This document shows, piece by piece, positions 10,057-19,766 of a stretch of 64,000 nucleotides of DNA; position 1 is the first letter of the stretch; each line of letters begins with the position of its first letter. The notes below the pieces were generated by a model. That model was not told where the DNA came from and ran no database searches. It was given only the letters and a program-made list of their open reading frames with translations. The stretch is from an uncultured Thermoleophilia bacterium (GTDB lineage Bacteria; Actinomycetota; Thermoleophilia; Gaiellales; Gaiellaceae), in NCBI GenBank assembly GCA_963776305.1, contig CAVZMA010000006.1, forward strand, positions 60,430 through 124,429, given 5' to 3'. The translations under genes and the position numbers were made by a program.

Positions 10057-10949
10057 GCGAGCACCCCGTTCGGGTCGAATCGGGCGCGAACTCGCTCCTG
10101 CAAGGCTCGCACGGCGGCGGGCGTCTGGCTTGGCGCCGGAGCGGGAACGAAGGCGATTCCCACAGCTGGGCGTACAACGGCCACGGGCACCGAGGCGAGG
10201 AAGCTGCCGAGGGAGCCGGGGTCGAACGACGTCCGGCCGCCGGCGGCTGCCTGCCGGGCTCGCGATTCCTCCCAGACCGCGCCGTCGCCTTCGTTGCCTC
10301 CGGTGAGGGCCCGCGTGGCGTCGACCTGGGCCGCGACCGCCGCGGCGCTTCCCTCGAACAGGATCGCAACCCGTCCCGGCTGCAAGATGTCGACGGCGCT
10401 CGGCACGAGTTGGGAGCGCAGCAGCAGCATTGCGACGGCGGCGGGATCGTCGGTCTCGACGACGACGGTCGCCGCGGCGACCGGGGTGGGATGGAGGCGC
10501 AGGCTGACACGGCCGATGAACGCCAGCCGGCCCTGCGAGCCGCACACGAGCTTGCCGAGGTCGTAGCCTGCGACGTTCTTGACGACCTTCCCCCCGGCGT
10601 TGACGACCGTGCCGTCGGCGAGCACGAGGGTGACGCCGAGGACGAGGTCTCGAGGCGCTCCGAAGCGGTGACGGAGCGGGCCGGACAGGCTCCCCGCGAG
10701 GCAGGCGCCGATCGTGGGGTCACCGGGAGGGTCGAGAGACAGCCGTTGCCCCGACGGCGCGAGCGCCGCAGCGAGGGCCGAGAGGCGGATTCCTGCCTCG
10801 ACCGTGCAGGTGAGGTCGCCCGCCTCGTGCTCGAGGACACGATCCATTCCGGCGGCGTCGAGGTCGACGCCGATCCTGACCCGGGAACCCGCATCGCTCG
10901 CAGCCGCCAGCACGACCGACGCCTCCTGGAGGCTAGAAACGCTCGGCAA
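10053..10949 (-). CDS. glcE: Glycolate oxidase FAD-binding subunit
   Basis: GGKVVKNVAGYDLGKL and FDPNGVL; lies between glcD and glcF. Confidence 0.88.
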   Translation of the reverse strand: MPSVSSLQEASVVLAAASDAGSRVRIGVDLDAAGMDRVLEHEAGDLTCTVEAGIRLSALAAALAPSGQRLSLDPPGDPTIGACLAGSLSGPLRHRFGAPRDLVLGVTLVLADGTVVNAGGKVVKNVAGYDLGKLVCGSQGRLAFIGRVSLRLHPTPVAAATVVVETDDPAAVAMLLLRSQLVPSAVDILQPGRVAILFEGSAAAVAAQVDATRALTGGNEGDGAVWEESRARQAAAGGRTSFDPGSLGSFLASVPVAVVRPAVGIAFVPAPAPSQTPAAVRALQERVRARFDPNGVLA

Positions 10950-12387
10950 GGCCTACCAGCTCGAGGGGATGCTGCCGATACGGGCCCGGCACCTCGCCGC
11001 ACAGCCGCGGCGTGGGGACGACCTTGCCGGGGTTGGCGATGCCGTCCGGGTCGAAGGCGCGCCGCAAGCGCTCGAAGGCCTCGAGATCCCGCTCGGAGAA
11101 CATCTTCGGCATCGAGCAGGCCTTGTCGACTCCCACACCATGCTCGCCGGTGAGCGACCCGCCCGCGTCGAGGCAGGCGCTGAGAATCGCCTCCGCCAGG
11201 ACCTTCGCGGCCTCGGTCTCACCCTTCGACGCGTCGTACAGGACGAGTGGATGCAGGTTGCCGTCGCCGGCGTGGAAGACGTTCCCTACCCGGAGGCCGT
11301 GCTCACGTGAGAGCTCGGCGATGCGGCGGAGTACCTCGGGCAGCCTCGTTCTGGGCACGACTCCGTCCTGGACGTAGTAGTCGGGCGACATCCGTCCCAT
11401 CGCCGGGAAGGCGCCTTTGCGGCCGAGCCAGAGGAGAGCTCGCTCCGCGTCGTCGCGTGCGTCTCTGATCTCGAACGCGCCGCACGCGCGACAGATCTCG
11501 TCGACCGCTGCGGTGTCCTCCTCGACCTGCACCGCGATCCCGTCGAGCTCGACGAGCAGCAGCGCCTCTGCGCCCTCCGGGTAGCCCGGGTGGAACGCCT
11601 GCTCGGCGGCGATGATCGTGAGGCGGTCCATCATCTCGATCGCGGCGGGCAAGATCCCCGCCGAGACGATGGCCGAGACAGCTTCGCCGGCCTCGTCGAT
11701 CGACCTGAAGGCAGCGAGCTGTGTCGTGACCGCTTCCGGCTTCCGGAGGACTCGCAGGGTGACCTCGGTTGCGATCCCGAGCGTGCCCTCCGAGCCGATG
11801 AACGCGCCGAGCAGGTCGGGCCCCTCGGGGTCGAGGGCCTTGCCTCCCAGCTCGACGATCTCGCCGTCGGGCAGCACCACCGTCAGCCCAGTTACGTGGT
11901 TGACGGTGAAGCCGTTCTTGAGGCAGTGCGCACCACCCGAGTTCTCGGCCACGTTGCCGCCGATCGTGCACACCTGCTGGCTCGACGGGTCCGGCGCGTA
12001 GAAGAAGCCCTCGTCGGCAACGGCCCGCGTGACGTCGAGGTTGGCGACGCCAGGCTCCACGACGACGCGTTGTGCGTCGAGGTCGATCTCGAGGATCCTG
12101 GTCATTCGCGCCAACGAGATGACGATGCCGTCCGCGACGGGAAGCGCGCCGCCGGAGAGGCCGGTGCCGGCTCCGCGGGCGACGAACGGGATGCCGTCGC
12201 GAGCGCAGATCCTGACGATCGCCTGCACCTCGGCCGTCGAGCCGGCGAGCACGACGAGAGCAGGCATGGCACGCCAGCCCGTAAGCCCGTCGCAGTCGTA
12301 CACGCGCAGCTGCTCGGGCTCTGTGAGCACGTGGTTGGCACCGACGATCGACCTGAGCTCGGCGGCGATACCGGGAGAGAGAGGCAT
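10933..12387 (-). CDS. glcD: Glycolate oxidase FAD-linked subunit
   Basis: RGAGTGLSGG, APDPSSQ, GSEGTLG, FHAGDGNLHP and GEHGVG motifs. Confidence 0.92.
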   Translation of the reverse strand: MPLSPGIAAELRSIVGANHVLTEPEQLRVYDCDGLTGWRAMPALVVLAGSTAEVQAIVRICARDGIPFVARGAGTGLSGGALPVADGIVISLARMTRILEIDLDAQRVVVEPGVANLDVTRAVADEGFFYAPDPSSQQVCTIGGNVAENSGGAHCLKNGFTVNHVTGLTVVLPDGEIVELGGKALDPEGPDLLGAFIGSEGTLGIATEVTLRVLRKPEAVTTQLAAFRSIDEAGEAVSAIVSAGILPAAIEMMDRLTIIAAEQAFHPGYPEGAEALLLVELDGIAVQVEEDTAAVDEICRACGAFEIRDARDDAERALLWLGRKGAFPAMGRMSPDYYVQDGVVPRTRLPEVLRRIAELSREHGLRVGNVFHAGDGNLHPLVLYDASKGETEAAKVLAEAILSACLDAGGSLTGEHGVGVDKACSMPKMFSERDLEAFERLRRAFDPDGIANPGKVVPTPRLCGEVPGPYRQHPLELVGLAERF

Positions 12388-12487
12388 TCTCGCGAGTCTA
12401 CTGCGAGCCGCAATCAACGACGCATCGATGATCGATTATCGCCGGTTCCAGGTGCAGCGCGCGCAACGGTGGCGTAGGATCGCCGCC

Positions 12488-13135
12488 ATGGTGCCCATCG
12501 AACGTCCCGGAAAGATCGTCTGCGTCGGCCTCAACTACAAGGACCACGCCGAGGAGCAGGGAGTCGACCTCCCCAAGGCTCCGCTCTTCTTCGCCAAGTT
12601 CACGACCTCCCTGATCGGACCAGGCGACCCGATCGTGATCCCTTCTGTTGTCGAGCAATGCGACTACGAGGCCGAGCTCGGCGTCGTGATCGGACGGACC
12701 GTCAAGAACGTCTCCAAGGAGAACGCGTTCGAGGCGGTGCGTGGCTACGTCGTCGCGAACGACGTCTCCGCTCGTGACCTCCAGTTCGCGGACGGGCAGT
12801 GGACGCGCGGCAAGTCGCCCGACACCTTCTGCCCGGTCGGGCCGCTCGTCCCGGCCGCCGAGGTGCCGGATCCGCACGACTTGCGCATCCGCGCGATCGT
12901 CTCCGGAGAGACGCTCCAGGATTCGACGACCGCGAACCTGATTTTCGGGATCGACGAGGTGATCAGCTATCTCTCGCGTACGTCGACCCTCGAAGCAGGA
13001 GACCTGATCCTGACCGGCACGCCGGCCGGGGTTGGAGTCTTCCGTGACCCGAAGCGGCTGCTGCAGCCGGGCGATACGGTCACGATCGAGATCGACGGCG
13101 TGGGCGAGATCACCAATCCGGTGATCGCCGGTTGA
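12488..13135 (+). CDS. Fumarylacetoacetate hydrolase family protein
   Basis: KIVCVGLNYKDH, DYEAELGVVIG, NDVSARD and GDLILTGTPAGVG motifs. Confidence 0.92.
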   Translation: MVPIERPGKIVCVGLNYKDHAEEQGVDLPKAPLFFAKFTTSLIGPGDPIVIPSVVEQCDYEAELGVVIGRTVKNVSKENAFEAVRGYVVANDVSARDLQFADGQWTRGKSPDTFCPVGPLVPAAEVPDPHDLRIRAIVSGETLQDSTTANLIFGIDEVISYLSRTSTLEAGDLILTGTPAGVGVFRDPKRLLQPGDTVTIEIDGVGEITNPVIAG

Positions 13136-13237
13136 TGCAGATGGTCGCGCTCTCATGCAGCCTCACGTAGCCCGCCGTCGGGCACCGTGGCGCGCGAGTG
13201 CGCCCCCTCGTGCTGCACGGGTCAGGGCGCCGCACTA

Positions 13238-13891
13238 GTGGCTGCGATCTCACGCACCGTCCTCCGCGAGCAGGTCAAGGACGTGTTGCTCCAGCGCATC
13301 GTCAGCGGCGAGCTCGCGCCGGGCGAACGGCTCGTCGAGACCCGGATCGCGCAGGAGCTCGGGACGAGCCAGGCGCCAGTCCGCGAGGCGCTCCGCGATC
13401 TCGAGCTGCTGCGACTCGTCGACTCGGAGCCGTTCCGCGGCGCGCGTGTTCGCGTGGTCAGCGAAGCCGAGATGGTCGAGGTCTACCCGGTCAGGGCGTC
13501 CCTCGAGGAGCTCGCTGCCCGGCTTGCGGCGGAGAACCTCCAGGGTGACGTCACGGCGCTCGAGATCGAGTTCGAAGCGATGCGCGATGCCGTCCGACGG
13601 GGCGATACGAACGCGCTCGTCCAGCACGACATCGCATTCCACCGGCTCATCGTCGAAGCGGCCGGAAACTCGGTCCTCGAGCAATGCTGGAAGTCGCTCG
13701 GCGTCGAGGGCAGGATCACCGTCTCGCTCTACGGCACATACATGGACCCGGAGCAAGCAGCCGAACGGCACGTGAAGCTGCTCGATGCGATCCGGTCGGG
13801 GAATGCGGCGGCGGCCGGCCGCGAAGGGCGGAAGCACGTCGAGGTCTCGGCCCGGCTCGTGCGTGACCACATGAAGCGCGCAGGCCGATGA
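13238..13891 (+). CDS. GntR family (FCD) transcriptional regulator
   Basis: PGERLVE..IAQELGTSQAPVREAL HTH; DIAFHRLIVEAAGN FCD motif. Confidence 0.9.
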   Translation: MAAISRTVLREQVKDVLLQRIVSGELAPGERLVETRIAQELGTSQAPVREALRDLELLRLVDSEPFRGARVRVVSEAEMVEVYPVRASLEELAARLAAENLQGDVTALEIEFEAMRDAVRRGDTNALVQHDIAFHRLIVEAAGNSVLEQCWKSLGVEGRITVSLYGTYMDPEQAAERHVKLLDAIRSGNAAAAGREGRKHVEVSARLVRDHMKRAGR

Positions 13892-14178
13892 CCGTCGTCC
13901 TTGCCGTGACGTGGGTCGCGCGGGAGGGAGAGCGCGAGGCGGTCGCCGAACTCCTGCGACGGCTGACCCCGCTGTCGCGCGCCGAGCCGGGATGTCTCCA
14001 GTACGACGCGCACCGCGACCCGGACGACCCCGACCGGTTCTTCCTCTTCGAGCGCTACGTGAACGAAGCTGCGCTCGAGGCGCACTCCACCAGCGCGCAC
14101 TTCCAGGAGCTCGTCGTCGCGGAGGCGCTCCCGCGCCTCGCCTCGCGGAAGCGCGTCGCGTTGCTCCCGCTCGTCTGA
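13888..14178 (+). CDS. Antibiotic biosynthesis monooxygenase (ABM) family protein
   Basis: SRAEPGCLQY..FFLFERY..ALEAHSTSAHF. Confidence 0.88.
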   Translation: MTVVLAVTWVAREGEREAVAELLRRLTPLSRAEPGCLQYDAHRDPDDPDRFFLFERYVNEAALEAHSTSAHFQELVVAEALPRLASRKRVALLPLV

Positions 14179-14179
14179 C

Positions 14180-15331
14180 GTGATGAGCCGCTCGCGGGCG
14201 ATGTTCGTCGCGCTGTTCCTCGCGGCCCTCACGCTTCGCCCCCAGATCGTCGGTGTCGGGCCTCTGATCCCGTCGATTCAAGATGCCTTCGGCACGTCGC
14301 ATGCGGTGGTGGGCCTGCTCAGCACCATCCCCGTGCTCTGCATGGGGCTGTTCGCGCCGGTGGCCGCGTATCTGGCCGCGAAGATCGGCACCCGCCGGGC
14401 GATGACGATCGGGCTCGCGTTGATCGGCGTGTTCGGCATCCTCCGGGCGACGATGCCGTCGGCCTGGCTCGTGGTGCTTCTCACCTGGCCCGTCGGCGTC
14501 GGGATGGGGCTCGGCAACGCGCTCGCCCCGATCTCGGTGAAGGAACATTTCGAGGATCGGCCCGCGACGGGCACCGGCGTCTATACGACCGGGATCCAGA
14601 TCGGGTCGACGAGCGCAGCCCTGCTCGCCGTACCCCTGGCGGGCTGGCTCGCCGGCTGGCGTGGAGCGCTGATCGCGATCTCGTGCGTCGCGCTGCTCTC
14701 GCTGGTGGCCTGGGTGATCCTGACCCGCGGCGACGAGCCGCATGCGGCGCCGGCGGCGACGGTGCCGCGCCTACCCTGGCGCAGTCGGACAGCCTGGCTC
14801 CTCGTCGCCGTCTTCGCGTTCATGGCGATGGCGTACTACGGCCTCAACGCCTGGCTCCCCGACGCCTATGCCGAGCGCGGCTGGACGGCGGGCGAGGCAG
14901 GGGTGCTTCTCGCTGCGATGAACCTGACCGCGATTCCTTCCTCGTTCCTCGTGCCGTGGGCCTCCGACCGAACCGGAAAGCGGACACCGTTTCTGCTCGG
15001 CCTGAGCCTGCTCTTCATCACCGGCGCGACGATGCTGGTCGCGACACCGTCGTTCGCCTATGCAGGTGCGCTGCTGGCCGGCGTCTCACAGGGTGGCCTC
15101 TTTGCCCTCGTCATGACCTTGCCGCTCGACTTCGAGCGAACGCCCGAGAAGGTCGGGGCGCTCGTCGCGATGATGCTGGGGCTCGGCTACACGATTGCCG
15201 CAACCTCCCCGTTTCTGCTCGGCGCGATCCGCGACGCGACGGGCTCGTTCGATGCCGTGCTGTGGGTCGCGGCGGGGTTCCTGCTGGCCCAGTTCTTCGT
15301 CCTGTTCGCGCTGACGCGTCGCCACCGGTGA
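14180..15331 (+). CDS. MFS transporter, CynX/YeaN-like
   Basis: LTLRPQIVGVGPLI..GLLSTIPVLCMG; GLGYTIAATSPFLLG. Confidence 0.85.
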   Translation: MMSRSRAMFVALFLAALTLRPQIVGVGPLIPSIQDAFGTSHAVVGLLSTIPVLCMGLFAPVAAYLAAKIGTRRAMTIGLALIGVFGILRATMPSAWLVVLLTWPVGVGMGLGNALAPISVKEHFEDRPATGTGVYTTGIQIGSTSAALLAVPLAGWLAGWRGALIAISCVALLSLVAWVILTRGDEPHAAPAATVPRLPWRSRTAWLLVAVFAFMAMAYYGLNAWLPDAYAERGWTAGEAGVLLAAMNLTAIPSSFLVPWASDRTGKRTPFLLGLSLLFITGATMLVATPSFAYAGALLAGVSQGGLFALVMTLPLDFERTPEKVGALVAMMLGLGYTIAATSPFLLGAIRDATGSFDAVLWVAAGFLLAQFFVLFALTRRHR

Positions 15332-15341
15332 GCGGCGGGTC

Positions 15342-16281
15342 TCAGCCCGCAGTGCGCAGGCGCCGAAAGTGGGCGACCGTTTCGGCGACGCCGTCGGCGA
15401 GCGCGGTACGCGGAAACGGCCCCACGTCCCGGTCGTAGCCGACGGCCTCGAGCGCTTCGGGAAACGGCAGTCGCTCGCCGCTCCACGTGATCTCGGCGCC
15501 GGGCACTGCAGCCTCGATGCACGCGACGACGTCCGAGACGTCGGCGAGGGCTCCGGGAACGTTGTAGACGCCTGCCGTGGCCGTCGCGCTGTGGGCCGAC
15601 GTCACCACGGCACGGGCGACATCGGGTACGTAGTCGTACTGGGCCGTTCCCGAGAAGCCGATCTGGAACGGCTCTCCGCGGACCGCAGCGAGCATCGCCC
15701 CCGTCGGGCCGGAGGTCATGCCCTGGTCACGGCCCGGCCCGTAGACGACGTACGGCCGCAGGCCGATGGAAGACACGCCGGCGTCGGTGCGGTACACGCG
15801 GGCGATCCCCTCGTCGGCCAGCTTCGACACGCCGTACAGGGTGGCGGGGCTCGTGCCCCCGATCTCGGGCGCGGGCGACGGATCGGTCGGGTTGTAGACC
15901 GCCGCCGAGCTCGCGTACGCAACGCAGGGGATGCGATCGAGGCGGCGCGAGACGGCGTCGAACACGTTGACGGTGCCGGCGACGTTCACGTGCATGCCGA
16001 GCGGCGGATTGGCCCGGACGAAGGGCACCTGGAGAGCGGCGAGGTGGACGACCCTCGTGATCTCGTGCCGGTCGAGCGCCCGCTCCAGAGTAAGGAGGTC
16101 GGTGATGTCGCCCTCTGACGAGCTCGATCTGCTGCGCGTCGTCGCCGAGCACGAGCTCGAGGCGTCCCGTGTCGTCGCCGAGGTCATATCCGACCACGGC
16201 GTCACCGTCGTCGAGCACGCAACGGGCGACCCAGGCTCCGAGGCACCCGAGCAGGCCCGTGACCAGAACCCGTTCAGGCAA
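15342..16281 (-). CDS. NAD-dependent epimerase/dehydratase (extended SDR); frameshift near 16115
   Basis: VLVTGLLGCLG in one frame; HLAALQ, ASSAAVY, YGVSK and VYGPGRD in the next. Confidence 0.85.
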
Positions 16282-17737
16282 GGGGCGCGTCCTGGTAGAC
16301 GGTCACGGTCTCGGTGTAGAACTCCATCGCGGCGCGACCTTGCTCGTGAGGGCCCCAGGCCGAGTTCTTGAGGCCGCCGAAGGGGACGTGGACGTCGGCC
16401 CCTGCCGTTTGCGAGTTGACGTGCAGAATCCCCGCCTGGAGCTCGTTCGCGAAGCGCTGGGTTGCGTGCAGGTCACGCGTGTAGATCGCGGCGGAAAGCC
16501 CGTACTCGACCGCGTTGGCGCGCGCGAGCGCCTCGTCGAGCGTGTCGAAGGCGAAGAGCGAGGTGACAGGCCCGAACACCTCCTCGCACGCGAGGTAGGA
16601 GCCGTCCGGCACGCCTTCGAGCAGGGTCGGGGCGATGAGGTACCCGGTCTCGTCGGCGCGCTCGCCGCCCGCGAGCACCGTGCCGCCGTCGGAGACGCCG
16701 CGCCGGACGGCCGCGAGGATCTCGTCGAGTGCGCTCTCGTTGACGACCGGTCCGACCTCGGTCTCGGGATCGGCCGGATCGCCGACCTTGGCCGCAGCGA
16801 TCCGGGCGAGCAGCTTCTCGCGAAAGCCGTCGTAGACGGACGAATGGGCGTAGATCCGGCGGGTCGCCGTGCACTTCTGACCGGCCGACCAGAAGGCCCC
16901 TGCGAACGTCCCCTCGACGGCTCGGTCGAGCTCCGCGTCCGCCATCACGATCAGCGGGTTGTGGCCGCCGAGCTCGAGCTGCACGCGACAGTTGCGGGCG
17001 GTTGCCTCGTTTCGGACGGCGTGGCCGACCGCGACCGATCCCGTGAACGAGATCGCCCGCACTTCCGGGCTGGAGACGAGTTCCGCCCCGACCTTCGAGC
17101 CGGCGCCGGTGACGATGTTCAGCACCCCTGCCGGGAGGCCTGCCTCCGCGAAGCATTCGGCGATGTGGAGACCGGTTCGTGGTGCTTCGTAGCCGACCTT
17201 CATCACGACCGTGTTGCCGTAGATCAACGCGGGAGCGAGCTTCCAGACGGGAATCGCGACCGGAAAGTTCCAGGGTGTGATCAGGCCGACGACGCCGAGC
17301 GGGCGCCGTCGCGTGTACAGCGACTGATTGCCGACCGACGGCTCGTACACCTCTCCCGCCGGCCGGTACGCCTCTCCGGCCGAGTAGCGGAGAATCGCAG
17401 CGGCCCGGGCGGCTTCCATGCGCGCCTCGCGCAGCGGCTTTCCCATTTCGGCGGTCATGTCCTGGGCGATCCGCTCGACCCTGGCTTCGATCGCGTCGGC
17501 GGCCTTGAAGAAGAACGCGGCACGCCCCGGGGCGGGGAGAGCAGCCCAGGCGGGGAATGCAGCCCGGGCAGCGGCGACGGCCGCCTTCGCATCGTCGGCC
17601 GTCGAGGCGGCGTAGACCCCGGTTACCTCGGAGGGACGCCACGGGCTCCGTTTCTCGTAGGTCTCCCCGGACGCGCTCTCGGCCCATGCGCCTCCGATGA
17701 AGTTCTGCGCGGCGGTGGCTGACAGGATCTCGGTCAT
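16274..17737 (-). CDS. Aldehyde dehydrogenase (2,5-dioxovalerate/KGSA dehydrogenase-like)
   Basis: ITPWNFP, FTGS, LELGGHN, GQKCTA, EEVFGP and HVPFGG motifs. Confidence 0.9.
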   Translation of the reverse strand: MTEILSATAAQNFIGGAWAESASGETYEKRSPWRPSEVTGVYAASTADDAKAAVAAARAAFPAWAALPAPGRAAFFFKAADAIEARVERIAQDMTAEMGKPLREARMEAARAAAILRYSAGEAYRPAGEVYEPSVGNQSLYTRRRPLGVVGLITPWNFPVAIPVWKLAPALIYGNTVVMKVGYEAPRTGLHIAECFAEAGLPAGVLNIVTGAGSKVGAELVSSPEVRAISFTGSVAVGHAVRNEATARNCRVQLELGGHNPLIVMADAELDRAVEGTFAGAFWSAGQKCTATRRIYAHSSVYDGFREKLLARIAAAKVGDPADPETEVGPVVNESALDEILAAVRRGVSDGGTVLAGGERADETGYLIAPTLLEGVPDGSYLACEEVFGPVTSLFAFDTLDEALARANAVEYGLSAAIYTRDLHATQRFANELQAGILHVNSQTAGADVHVPFGGLKNSAWGPHEQGRAAMEFYTETVTVYQDAPLA

Positions 17738-18606
17738 CGGACGCTCCTTTCGAGCAGGTCGGCGGCACGCGCGACAGGGTTCGTCAACGTGCCGATCTCC
17801 GGGACGTGGATCGAGACCACGTGGCCGGGAAGCAGGGTGAAGTCGTCGGGGGGCACGAGTCCCGTGCCCGTGAGGAGCACGCTACCCGCGGGAACCGGGT
17901 TGTCGCGCACGAGCCAGCCGACGAGATCCGGGAACGTACGCTTCATCTTCGCCGTCGAGGTCTGACCCGTGAACAGGATCGCGCCCTCGGCGTCGCGAAT
18001 CGTCAGCTCGATCGCGAGCGGGGCATCCCAGTCGTCGGGCACGTAGATCGCCGGGCCGATCGCGCACGCCGCAGCGAACACCTTGGCCTGCGGGAGGTAG
18101 AGCGGATTCGCGCCCTCGATGTCGCGGGAGGAGACATCGTTCCCGATCGTGTAGCCGGCGATCGTGAGGTCGTCGCCGAGCACGACGCCGATCTCCGCCT
18201 CCGGCACGTTCCAGCCGGCATCCGAGCGGATTGCGATCGGCTCGCCCGGCCCCACCGTGCGCCGGCATTGTGCGTCCTTGAGGAACAGCTCGGGCCGGTC
18301 GGCGTCGTAGACGAGCGCGTAGACATCGCTGCCCGACTCCTCGATCCGTGCGTCACGGCTCCGCTCGTACGTCACACCGGCGCACCACACCTCCGGCGGA
18401 TCGATCGGGCGGACGAGGGCGGCCGGTGGCTCGAGCGCCAGCGTTCGCTCGTCCGCGACGAGCACGCTCGGCCCCCGTTGGGACGCGACCTGGAGTCGTC
18501 CCTCGCGACGCACCAGCGCGCCGTCGTGGATCACGCCGTCGCCGAGATCGAACCGCACTGTGCGCTTCAGCTCACCGCTGCGCTTCGGCTCGGCCTCGCC
18601 CGTCAA
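17734..18606 (-). CDS. FAH-family dehydratase (2-keto-3-deoxy-pentonate dehydratase, XylX/KdxD-like)
   Basis: [27 protein letters not shown] and [21 protein letters not shown] motifs. Confidence 0.82.
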   Translation of the reverse strand: MTGEAEPKRSGELKRTVRFDLGDGVIHDGALVRREGRLQVASQRGPSVLVADERTLALEPPAALVRPIDPPEVWCAGVTYERSRDARIEESGSDVYALVYDADRPELFLKDAQCRRTVGPGEPIAIRSDAGWNVPEAEIGVVLGDDLTIAGYTIGNDVSSRDIEGANPLYLPQAKVFAAACAIGPAIYVPDDWDAPLAIELTIRDAEGAILFTGQTSTAKMKRTFPDLVGWLVRDNPVPAGSVLLTGTGLVPPDDFTLLPGHVVSIHVPEIGTLTNPVARAADLLERSVR

Positions 18607-19328
18607 TAGACGGCCCGTCCTCCAGAGATGTCGTAGGTTGCACCGGTCGAGAACGAGCACTCCTCGCTCGCGAGCCAGCAGATCAGCGCCGCGACCTCGT
18701 CCGCTGTGCCCATCCGGCCCATCGGGATCCGTTCGATCATGTAGTCGACGTGCTGCTGCGAGAGACCGAGCAGGATCGGGGTTTCGATCACCGCCGGTGC
18801 GATGCAGTTGACGGAGACGCCCGTCCCGGCGAAATCCTTCCCGACCGCCTTCGTGAGGGCGATCACCGCCGCCTTCGACGCCGAATAGGCAGCCGCCATC
18901 GGGTTGCCCTCCTTGCCCGCGATCGAGGCGACGTTGACGATCCTGCCGTACCCGCGCTCGGCCATCCCCGGCGCGACAGCGCGATTGCACCAGAACACGC
19001 CGTCGGCGTTGATCGCCATCACGCGACTCCACTCGTCGTCCGCGACGTCCGCGGTGCGGAGCGAGGCTCCGGGGATGCCGGCGGAGCAGACGAGCACGTC
19101 GATCGGGCCAAGCGACGCGGTGGCCTCGGCAACGGCCGCCTCCACGTCGGCGGAACGGGCGACGTCTCCCGTCAACGACAGGGCTCCGTCGAGATGCGCC
19201 GAGGCGAGATCGAACGTCGCCACCTTCGCCCCTTCTGCCAGCAGGCGCGTCGCCGTCGCCGCCCCGATACCGCTCGCCGCGCCCGTGACGAACGCGGTGC
19301 GACCCGAGAATCGATGATCGTTTGTCAT
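18603..19328 (-). CDS. SDR oxidoreductase (2-keto-3-deoxy sugar-acid dehydrogenase-like)
   Basis: [26 protein letters not shown] and [16 protein letters not shown]. Confidence 0.88.
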   Translation of the reverse strand: MTNDHRFSGRTAFVTGAASGIGAATATRLLAEGAKVATFDLASAHLDGALSLTGDVARSADVEAAVAEATASLGPIDVLVCSAGIPGASLRTADVADDEWSRVMAINADGVFWCNRAVAPGMAERGYGRIVNVASIAGKEGNPMAAAYSASKAAVIALTKAVGKDFAGTGVSVNCIAPAVIETPILLGLSQQHVDYMIERIPMGRMGTADEVAALICWLASEECSFSTGATYDISGGRAVY

Positions 19329-19355
19329 GAACCGAACCCTATAAAGTTCGCGGCA

Positions 19356-19766
19356 ATGACCTTCGATCCAACCGTCGACTACCCCCTCGGAGCGAGGCGA
19401 CCCGACCTGGTGGAAACGCCTTCCGGTCTGCCACTCGAGGAGGTGACGCTCGAGGCCGCGCGCGCGGGAACGCTCGTCGCAGTCGACGTCCGAGCGACGT
19501 CGTCGACCCTGCGGCGCCAGGCCGAGATCGCCCGTGCGGCCGGGCGCCGCCAGCTCGCAGACAACCTCGATCGGGCAGCGGAGCTCGCGGGCGTACCGGA
19601 CGACCTGCTGCTCGAGATCTACACGGCGCTGCGGCCCGGCCGCTCGACGGCTCTCGAGCTCGAGACCTGGGCCTACGAGCTCGACACCCTGGAGGCTCCG
19701 CTGACCGCCGCGTTCGTCCGCGAGGCCGCAACGGTCTATCAGGATCGAGGCCTTGTCGGTGAGTGA
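19356..19766 (+). CDS. pduE: B12-dependent diol/glycerol dehydratase small subunit
   Basis: DYPLG..RPDLVETPSG, QAEIARAAGR..N..RAAEL, IYTALRP.RST and AFVREAA.VY. Confidence 0.88.
   Translation: MTFDPTVDYPLGARRPDLVETPSGLPLEEVTLEAARAGTLVAVDVRATSSTLRRQAEIARAAGRRQLADNLDRAAELAGVPDDLLLEIYTALRPGRSTALELETWAYELDTLEAPLTAAFVREAATVYQDRGLVGE

Noticed and set aside
16169-17722. Long antisense and alternate-frame ORFs throughout the ORF track
   Set aside because: These are shadow ORFs typical of high-GC DNA, overlapping well-supported genes and rich in R/P/A/G.
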